Assembly: GCA_963837165.1 (NCBI GenBank)
Contig: CAWIMD010000002.1
Location: 184,143 to 248,142, forward strand
Length of the DNA stretch: 64,000 bases
Origin: Vicinamibacteria bacterium
Lineage (GTDB): Bacteria; Acidobacteriota; Vicinamibacteria; Vicinamibacterales; JAENWD01
Reading direction: 5' to 3'
Every line of letters begins with the position of its first letter. Within the stretch, counting starts at the first letter, position 1. The notes beneath the pieces are model-generated. The model did no database searches, had not been told where the DNA came from, and saw only the letters and a program-made list of their open reading frames with translations. The position numbers and the translations under genes were made by a program. Of the stretch, positions 57,239 to 64,000 are shown piece after piece.

Positions 57239-59023
57239 CTACGGCCCGCTGCTCCCGCTGCCGGCTGTCTGCTGCTCCCCGATCCACGCATCGACCCGCC
57301 GTTCGAGCACCTCGAGCGGGACCGCGCCGGTCGCCAGCACGGCATCGTCGAAGCGCCTGAGATCGAAGCGATCGCCCAGCGCCTGCTGCGCGCGAGCTCT
57401 GAGCTCCTGGATCTTGAGCTCGCCGATCTTGTAGGCGAGCGCCTGGCCCGGCCACGAGATGTAGCGGTCGACCTCGTTGGTGACGTCGAGCTCGGTCTTG
57501 GCCGTGTTCTCCATGAAGTACCGGATGGCCCGCTCGCGATCCCAGTGCATGGCGTGAATGCCGGTGTCGACCACCAGGCGGACCGCGCGCCACATCTGGT
57601 ACGTGAGCTGTCCGAACTTCGAGTACGGATCTCCGCGATAGAGCCCCATGTCGTCACCGAGCGATTCGGCGTAGAGCGCCCATCCCTCGACATACGCGGT
57701 GAACCCGGCGTTTCGCCGGAACTCGGGCAGGTCTTTCTGCTCCTGCGCGATCGAGCCCTGGAGGCAGTGGCCCGGCTCGGCCTCGTGCAGGGTCAGCGAC
57801 AGCATTTCCCACGTCGGCCGCGTCTCGGGCTTGTAGAGGTTCACGAAGTACGTGGCCGCGCGCGAGCCGTCCGGTGCGCCGAAATTGGCGTAGGCGGTGG
57901 TCACGTTCGGCGCCACGGCATCCGGAATCGGCTGAACGCCATACGGCAGGCGCGGCAGGGTGCCGATCACCTTCACCAGCTCGGGGTCGATCCGCTTGGC
58001 CAGGGCGCGATAGGCCTCGAGCAGCTCCGGCCCGGTGGCATGGAAGAACTTCGGGTCCGTGCGCAGGTACTGGAAGAACTCCGGCATCGTTCCGCTGAAG
58101 CCCGTGTCGGCCTTGACCCGTTCCATCTCGGCGCGAATGCGGGCGACCTCCTTCAGGCCCAGCGCGTGCACCCGGGCGGGCGTCAGGTCGGTGGTCGTGT
58201 AGAGCCGGACGAAGTAGGCGTAGCCCCGTTCGCCGCTGCTCGTCTGCCACCAGCCCGCCCGGTCGTAGCACGCCGGCAGGTACTCCCGGACGATGAAGTC
58301 ACGGAGGCGCGCGAAAGCCGGCAGCACGTCCTCGCGCACGCCGGCGAGGCCGGCGGCGGCCAGGCGTGATCGATCGGCCTCGGTGAACGTCCCGGGCAGG
58401 CGCTGGAAGGGCTTGTAGAACCCGCTCGTCTCCGGCGGCGCGGCGAGCATGCGATCGAGCTGGTCCTTCACGCGCGACACGATCGACTTCGGGAGCAGCA
58501 CGTTGCGGCGCAGCCCCTCGCGCATCAGGCCGATGTTCTGCTCGATGTAGCCCGGGAAGCCCGCGAGTCGCGCCAGCCAGTCGTCGTAGTCCCGGACGCT
58601 GGCAAACCGCAGCGTGTCGATGACCTGTTCCGTGTTCTGGACACCGCCGTAGGTATCGGTGCGGATCCACTGGTACCCGAACTGGAAGCCCTCGGTGGTC
58701 ATCCGGTACTGGTACCGGAACACGTCGAAGTTCGTCTGGTCCGCAGGGGTCAGCTCGGCGCGCGGGATCGTCTCGAGCTCCGTCAGCACCCCTTCGCGAT
58801 GCGACTGCCGCGCCTCGAGCGCGCGCACGCTCATGTCGTCCCACCGGTCGTTCCAGCGGCGGTCGCCGAGCGCGGAGGCGGTCAGCGGGCTCTGCTGCAG
58901 CTCCCACTGCCACTCGCGATCGAAGAGCGCGTGCAGGCGGGTGCCGGCGTCCGGCGCGCCGGCGGAGCGAAGGATCGCGCTGGCCGCCGCGAACAGCGTC
59001 AGGGCAAGAATGGCTCGTAGCAT
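57239..59023 (-). CDS. DUF885-family exported protein (metallopeptidase-like HExxH fold)
   Basis: 3' 594 codons of track ORF 57239..59914, start ATG 59023 (signal MLRAILALTLFAAASAIL). TLHEAEPGHCLQ, YVEGWALYAE and DRYISWPGQALAYKIG. Confidence 0.82.
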   Translation of the reverse strand: MLRAILALTLFAAASAILRSAGAPDAGTRLHALFDREWQWELQQSPLTASALGDRRWNDRWDDMSVRALEARQSHREGVLTELETIPRAELTPADQTNFDVFRYQYRMTTEGFQFGYQWIRTDTYGGVQNTEQVIDTLRFASVRDYDDWLARLAGFPGYIEQNIGLMREGLRRNVLLPKSIVSRVKDQLDRMLAAPPETSGFYKPFQRLPGTFTEADRSRLAAAGLAGVREDVLPAFARLRDFIVREYLPACYDRAGWWQTSSGERGYAYFVRLYTTTDLTPARVHALGLKEVARIRAEMERVKADTGFSGTMPEFFQYLRTDPKFFHATGPELLEAYRALAKRIDPELVKVIGTLPRLPYGVQPIPDAVAPNVTTAYANFGAPDGSRAATYFVNLYKPETRPTWEMLSLTLHEAEPGHCLQGSIAQEQKDLPEFRRNAGFTAYVEGWALYAESLGDDMGLYRGDPYSKFGQLTYQMWRAVRLVVDTGIHAMHWDRERAIRYFMENTAKTELDVTNEVDRYISWPGQALAYKIGELKIQELRARAQQALGDRFDLRRFDDAVLATGAVPLEVLERRVDAWIGEQQTAGSGSSGP

Positions 59024-59144
59024 CGCGGGAGACCGGGTTGCACCGGTCGGACCAGTTGATATCATACGCGCCGCGATGACCTCTCGCCGGCGGGGCCCCA
59101 TGGGAGACCGCCCGGGCACGGCCCGCGAATACAGGAGGCGTGCG

Positions 59145-60536
59145 ATGAAGCGTGCAGTGCAGGACCTCATGGACCGCCGCGGCTTCTTCCGGTCGATGGG
59201 CACCGCCGCCGGCGGCGCCGCGGCGCTGAGCCTGGCGGCGAGCCCCGAGGCCGAGGCGGCCGAAGCCGCCCGGCTGGTGCAGTCCAACGTGAAGCGGGCA
59301 TCGGAGCCGTCGGCGCTGAAGATCACCGACCTGCGCGTGGCGGTCGTGGTCAACGCGCCGATGACGTGCCCGATCATCCGCGTGGACACCAACCAGGGCA
59401 TCGTCGGCTGGGGCGAAGTCCGCGACGGCGCCAGCGAGACGTATGCCCTGATGCTCAAGGCCCGCCTGCTCGGCGAGAACCCCTGCAACGTGGACAGGAT
59501 CTTCCGGAAGATCAAGCAGTTCGGCGGGCCGTCGCGCCAGGCCGGCGGCGTCTGCGGCGTCGAGATGGCGATGATGGACCTGGCCGGCAAGGCCTGGGGC
59601 GTGCCCTGCTGGCAGCTGCTCGGCGGAAAGTTCCGCGACACGGTGCGCCTGTACGCCGATACCACCGAGACTCCCGATCCGAAGGAGCAGGGCCGCCGGC
59701 TCAAGGCGCGCATGGACCGCGGTCTGACGTTCCTCAAGCAGGACTTCGGCATCGATCTGCTGAAGGACGTGCCCGGGGCCCTCAGCATGCCGTCGGGCCT
59801 CACGCCCTGGGGCGGCGACCGGCTCGAGCACCCGTTCACCGCGGCACAGATCACGGACAAGGGCATCGAGTTCCTGTCGGACTGGGTCGGGCAGATCCGC
59901 GCGGTGATCGGCATGGACGTGCCGCTGGCGTCCGACCACTATGGCCACATCACCCTGACGAGCTGCATCAAGCTCGCGCGTGCGATGGAGACGTGGAACC
60001 TCGCGTGGATGGAAGACATGATGCCGTGGCAGTACGGGAACCTGCTGAAGCAGATCCACGACGCCGTGGACATCCCGATCCTGACCGGCGAGGACATGTA
60101 CCTGAAGGAGGACTTCGCGAAGCTGATCGACATGGGCGCGGTGGACATGATCCATCCGGACCTGGCGAGCTCGGGCGGCCTGATCGAGACCAAGAAGATC
60201 GGGGACTACGCCCATGAGCACGGGGTCGCCATGGCGATGCACTTCGCCGGGTCTCCCGTGTGCTTCATGGCGAACGTCCACACGGCGGCGGCCTCGGAGA
60301 ACTTCATCGCGCTCGAGCACCACTCGCTGGACGTGCCGTGGTGGGAAACGCTCGCCACGAAACCCGACGGCACGCCCTTCGTCGATCACGGCTTCGCGCA
60401 CGTACCCGACAGTCCGGGTCTCGGCGTGGAACTGAACGAAGCGGTCGTGCGCCAGCACCTGCGCCCGGGAACGGGCTATTTCGACCCGACCCCGGCGTGG
60501 GACACGGTCCGGAGCAACGATCGGCTCTGGAGTTAG
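59145..60536 (+). CDS. Enolase-superfamily (mandelate racemase/muconate lactonizing-like) enzyme with a twin-arginine signal
   Basis: Start ATG 59145, after AGGAGG (59134-39). MKRAVQDLMDRRGFFRSMGTAAGGAAALSLAASPEA (Tat-like). ITDLRVAVV...VDTNQGIVGWGE, GVCGVEMAMMDLAGKAWGVP, and metal ligands LASDHYG, AWMEDM and TGED. Confidence 0.78.
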   Translation: MKRAVQDLMDRRGFFRSMGTAAGGAAALSLAASPEAEAAEAARLVQSNVKRASEPSALKITDLRVAVVVNAPMTCPIIRVDTNQGIVGWGEVRDGASETYALMLKARLLGENPCNVDRIFRKIKQFGGPSRQAGGVCGVEMAMMDLAGKAWGVPCWQLLGGKFRDTVRLYADTTETPDPKEQGRRLKARMDRGLTFLKQDFGIDLLKDVPGALSMPSGLTPWGGDRLEHPFTAAQITDKGIEFLSDWVGQIRAVIGMDVPLASDHYGHITLTSCIKLARAMETWNLAWMEDMMPWQYGNLLKQIHDAVDIPILTGEDMYLKEDFAKLIDMGAVDMIHPDLASSGGLIETKKIGDYAHEHGVAMAMHFAGSPVCFMANVHTAAASENFIALEHHSLDVPWWETLATKPDGTPFVDHGFAHVPDSPGLGVELNEAVVRQHLRPGTGYFDPTPAWDTVRSNDRLWS

Positions 60537-60542
60537 ATTTCA

Positions 60543-60606
60543 GGATTTGATGGGAGGGATTTGATGGGAGGGATTTGATGGGAGGGATTTGATGGGAGGG
60601 ATTTCA
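60543..60606. repeat. Tandem 14-nt array (GGATTTGATGGGAG) x4.5
   Basis: Four perfect units plus a partial one. Lies between convergent stops at 60536 and 60618. Confidence 0.95.
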
Positions 60607-60617
60607 CGAGATTCTTG

Positions 60618-61316
60618 TCAACGCCTCGCGCGGACCCAGGCGGCGACGCGATCGGCGACGCCGCCGAGGACATCGGCCTCGCTCCGGCCCGAGGACTTCG
60701 GCACCGCGAAGCCGTGATCGCCGCCCTCGATGAACTCGAAGTCCACGGGCGCCTCGAGGCCGGCGAACACCGGCTCGACTTCCGCGCGCGTGCCGAACGC
60801 GTCACGCGTGCCCTGGACGAGCAGCACCGGCACGCCTAGCGCCGGCAGATGCGCGGTGCGCCGCTGTTCCGGCCTGCCCGGCGGGTGCAGCGGATAGCCC
60901 AGCAGCACGAGCCCGGCCAGTCGATCCCGCCACGGCTCATCGGCCGGCGAGGCGGCCACCTGTGAGGCGATCCGGCCGCCCATGGACTTGCCGCCAATCA
61001 CCAGGGGCCCGTCGGGCGCCAGGCGCGAGGCGACGAAGGAGGCGACCTCGCGCCAGGTCTCCTCGAGCAGGGGAGCCCGATCGGGCGTTCTGCGGCGCTG
61101 TTCCGTGTACAGGAAGTTGAACGTGACCACCGCCACGCCGCGCGCCGCCACGGAGGCGGCGACGGTCGTCATGAAGCGGTGGCGCTGGTCGGCGCCGGCA
61201 CCGTGCGCCAGGATGAGTGTCGCGCCGGCCGCGCGGCCTTCCGGCGCGTAGGCGATGGCCGTGACCGAACCCCTCGAGCCGACCGGCACGAGGTGGGAGC
61301 TCCTGGCCGTCGGCAC
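60618..61316 (-). CDS. Alpha/beta hydrolase (dienelactone hydrolase/KANL3-like)
   Basis: 232 aa. ILAHGAGA, the nucleophile elbow GGKSMGGR, and GTRD...GGDHGF. GTG start. Confidence 0.78.
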   Translation of the reverse strand: MPTARSSHLVPVGSRGSVTAIAYAPEGRAAGATLILAHGAGADQRHRFMTTVAASVAARGVAVVTFNFLYTEQRRRTPDRAPLLEETWREVASFVASRLAPDGPLVIGGKSMGGRIASQVAASPADEPWRDRLAGLVLLGYPLHPPGRPEQRRTAHLPALGVPVLLVQGTRDAFGTRAEVEPVFAGLEAPVDFEFIEGGDHGFAVPKSSGRSEADVLGGVADRVAAWVRARR

Positions 61317-61319
61317 GCG

Positions 61320-61722
61320 TCATCCCTCCTCGAGAGCGGGGTTGTTCCAGAAGAGCGCGTATTTCTCGTTGAGGCAGGGTCCGAAGTTCAGCCGTTCGAA
61401 GAACTCCCGGTTCGACGTGACCACGAGTACCCTGGGGGATGCCGCGACGCTCGGCGTCGGCGACTGCCGCGGCGGTGAGCGAGGCGCCCAGGCCGCGGCC
61501 GCGGGCATCCGCCAGCACGGCGAGGCTCCGCAGCTCGGCGATCTTCTGGCTGTAGACCTCGAGGCAGCAGCAGCCGACGACCCGGCCGTCGAGCTCGGCG
61601 ACCCAGAAACTGTCGAGCAGCGGCTCGATGTCGCCGCGCTCGCGGGCCAGGAGCCGATCGGTGTTGGCGTTGACGATGGCCAGGATGGCGTCCACGTCGA
61701 CTGCGGCGGCCCTGCGCACCAT
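61320..61722 (-). pseudogene. GNAT-family N-acetyltransferase with an apparent 1-nt frameshift in a C5 run (could be a sequencing error)
   Basis: Frame 1 from ATG 61722: MVRRAAAVDVDAILAIV...ELRSLAVLADARGRGLGASLTAAAVADAERRGIP. The continuation RVLVVTSNREFFERLNFGP...stop is in track ORF 61320..61508. The junction is ggc atc ccc C agg (plus-strand ggggg, about 61434-61438). Confidence 0.5.
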
Positions 61723-61789
61723 GGCCGCCCACGCTAGCAGACTCACCTGACGCGGGTAAAGACTGGACCTTTGGCGATAGACTTGCAGC

Positions 61790-63583
61790 ATGCGGCTCAT
61801 TTCTCTCCAGTCATCCCGCGGCGACCAGGCCGACCTCCGCCGCACCTACGACGCGGTCATCGTCGGCTCGGGCGCGGCCGGCGGCATGGCCGCCTATGTG
61901 CTGACGAAGCACGGCCTCGACGTGCTCCTGCTCGAGGCCGGCAAGAAGGTGGACACGACCACGGTGCTGAAGTCGATGGAGTGGCCGTACGACCACCCCC
62001 GGCGCGGCGACATGCCCGCGAAGTACCACGCGCTGGCGTCCAACGAGTACACCATCCGCAACCCGCCGTATGCCGCCGGGTCGCCGTACGAGAAGGTCTT
62101 CTCGTACGTCCAGGGCTGGGGCGGATCGGATTACAGCACCTCGCTCGTCGTCGACGAGAAGGACCATCCGTACACCGGCTCCAAGTACGCCTGGGTGCGC
62201 GCCCGCGTCCTCGGCGGGAAGACGAACATCTGGGGCCGCCTGGCGCTGCGGCTCTCGGACTACGACTTCAAGGGCAAGTCCCACGACGGCTACGGCGAGG
62301 ACTGGCCGATCAGCTACGCGGACATCGCGCCCTATTACGACAAGGTGGACCTGCTGCTGGGCATCTCGGGCGTGAAGGAGAACCTGCCGCAGATGCCCGA
62401 CGGCAGGTTCCAGCGGCCGTTCAAGCTGAACCCGGGCGAGGTCACGCTCCGCCACAGCCTGCAGAAGATGGGCCGCATCGCCACGCCGTACCGCGCCGGC
62501 GTGACGACCGATGGCCTCGTGCACAACAAGTACCGGAGCAAGTGCTACGGGCGCGGCGCCTGCAACCGGCGCGCAGGCGGCTGCGACATCCACGCCGCGT
62601 TCGACTCGCCGACGGGCCTGATCCTCCCCGCCAAGGACACCGGCAAGCTCACGATCCGGACCAACGCCACCGCGCACGAGGTGCAGGTGGATCCGGCGAC
62701 AGGCAAGGCGAGCGGCGTCGGCTTCGTGGACACGGTCACGGGCACGTCGTACGTCGCCAGGGCGCGTGCCGTCCTGCTGGCCGCCTCGACCCTCGAATCG
62801 ACGCGGCTGCTGCTGGTCTCCAGGTCTCTCCGGCATCCCAATGGCCTCGCCAACTCCAGCGGCGTGGTCGGGCACTACTTCTGCGAGCACCTGATGGGAC
62901 CGGGCGTCACCGGCCTGGTCAAGGATCGCGTCGGCGCGCCGAAGACACTGGACGACGGCCGGCCCGGCGGGTTCTACGTGCCGCGCTTCAGGAATCTCAC
63001 CGACCGGCGATCCGACTACGTGCGTGGCTACGGCTTCGAGGGCGGCAGCGGATCGTCGATGGGGCCGGGCGAGGCGGCCGCCGCGCCCGGCTTCGGCCAG
63101 GCGTGGAAGAAACACGTGCGCGACTACGCCGGGGCGTACATCAGCATGGGCGGCTTCGGGGAGGTGCTGCCGCGATACGAGAACAGCGTCAGCATCGATC
63201 CCGACGTGAAGGACCGCTGGGGCGTGCCGGTCCTGAGATTCGACTACCGCTTCGGCGACAACGAGAGGAAGATGGCCGCCGACATGGCCCAGACCGCCCA
63301 GGAGATGTTCGAGGAGGCCGGCTTCGAGATCGTCGGCGTCGATCGGAAGCTGCTCACGGAAGGCTGGTCGATCCACGAGCTCGGGACGTCGCGGATGGGC
63401 AGCGATCCCGGGACCTCGGCCCTGAACCAGTTCCAGCAGGCGCACGACGTGAAGAACCTGCTGGTCGTGGACGGCAGCAGCCACGTCAGCGCCTCGTGCC
63501 AGAACCCGACGTGGACGATCATGGCGCTGGCCTGGCGATCCTGCGATCACCTGGCGGAAGAGCTCAGGAAGGGGAACCTCTGA
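61790..63583 (+). CDS. GMC-family FAD oxidoreductase (gluconate 2-dehydrogenase flavoprotein-like)
   Basis: YDAVIVGSGAAGGMAAYVL (Rossmann GxGxxG), LGGKTNIWG, and C-terminal HELGTSRMG...LLVVDGS. Confidence 0.88.
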   Translation: MRLISLQSSRGDQADLRRTYDAVIVGSGAAGGMAAYVLTKHGLDVLLLEAGKKVDTTTVLKSMEWPYDHPRRGDMPAKYHALASNEYTIRNPPYAAGSPYEKVFSYVQGWGGSDYSTSLVVDEKDHPYTGSKYAWVRARVLGGKTNIWGRLALRLSDYDFKGKSHDGYGEDWPISYADIAPYYDKVDLLLGISGVKENLPQMPDGRFQRPFKLNPGEVTLRHSLQKMGRIATPYRAGVTTDGLVHNKYRSKCYGRGACNRRAGGCDIHAAFDSPTGLILPAKDTGKLTIRTNATAHEVQVDPATGKASGVGFVDTVTGTSYVARARAVLLAASTLESTRLLLVSRSLRHPNGLANSSGVVGHYFCEHLMGPGVTGLVKDRVGAPKTLDDGRPGGFYVPRFRNLTDRRSDYVRGYGFEGGSGSSMGPGEAAAAPGFGQAWKKHVRDYAGAYISMGGFGEVLPRYENSVSIDPDVKDRWGVPVLRFDYRFGDNERKMAADMAQTAQEMFEEAGFEIVGVDRKLLTEGWSIHELGTSRMGSDPGTSALNQFQQAHDVKNLLVVDGSSHVSASCQNPTWTIMALAWRSCDHLAEELRKGNL

Positions 63584-64000
63584 TGGAGTCACGTCCGACC
63601 GATCTGACCCGCCGCGAGCTGCTGAAGGCGGCCGCTGTGGCCGCGGCCGTGCCGGTGGTCGCCCGGGAGCCGTTGCTGCACGCGGCCGCCGCCGCCGCCA
63701 AGGCGCCGCGCTACTTCACGCCGGCGCAGTTCGCGCTGGTGGACGAGCTCACCGACATGCTCATCCCGGCCGACGACCATTCCGGCGGCGCACGCGCGGC
63801 CAAGGTGGCGGCCTACATCGACGGCCGGCTGGCCGAGGACTTCCTGCCGGACCGGCGCGAGCGCTGGGCAGCCGCGCTGGCGCGCGTGGACGCGCTGGCG
63901 ACCGAGTTGAAGGGCGCGCCGTTCATGCAGCTCTCGCCCGTCGATCGCGTGGCCGTGGTCGAGCGCATGGCGTCGGAGGAGGTGAAGCCGGAGACCGTCG
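63583..64000 (+). CDS. Gluconate 2-dehydrogenase subunit 3-family protein, Tat signal (3' end beyond the window)
   Basis: My translation from ATG 63583, which overlaps the upstream TGA: MESRPTDLTRRELLKAAAVAAAVP...FTPAQFALVDELTDMLIPADDHSGGARAAKVAAYID. Confidence 0.78.
   Translation, partial: MESRPTDLTRRELLKAAAVAAAVPVVAREPLLHAAAAAAKAPRYFTPAQFALVDELTDMLIPADDHSGGARAAKVAAYIDGRLAEDFLPDRRERWAAALARVDALATELKGAPFMQLSPVDRVAVVERMASEEVKPETV

Overview
High-GC (roughly 65-70% by eye) bacterial chromosome segment. The gene content points to Acidobacteriota (inference only): ADOP-type duplicated FtsX permeases, a HAF-repeat exoprotein, and many BlaI/BlaR1-like and HEAT-repeat genes. Most of the window is housekeeping. 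This includes ftsK-rnj-rsmA-nth-lexA, recG-rsmD-coaD-aminotransferase-glcD-like, rho, an hspR-cbpA-clpB-ftsH heat-shock cluster, an AddAB-type helicase-nuclease pair, uxaC, a desaturase with a two-component system, and GMC oxidoreductase genes. I recognised no rRNA, tRNA or CRISPR. Long ORFs opposite the real genes are GC-driven shadow ORFs. Five things stand out.

1. At least nine intergenic tandem arrays have 7-, 8- or 14-nt units. Each has a different unit, almost all sit within a few nt of stop codons, and four are G-quadruplex-type.
2. A blaI / M56 blaR1-like pair has a HEAT-repeat sensor domain. It lies next to two exported HEAT-repeat proteins, and the two promoters share the architecture TGGACA-N14-TGCTA-N6-TAGCACTG.
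3. A visibly lower-GC accessory island (about 14.5-20.7 kb) carries mazEF, two adjacent IS elements (IS481-like, and IS701-like with a frameshift) and decayed genes.
4. A desaturase / intramembrane histidine kinase / OmpR-type regulator unit has two PhoB-box-like 11-bp-phased direct repeats upstream.
5. An 84-codon ORF is bracketed exactly by inverted (GCAGTAG)n arrays.

All calls rest on reading the translations and sequence by eye. No database search was run.
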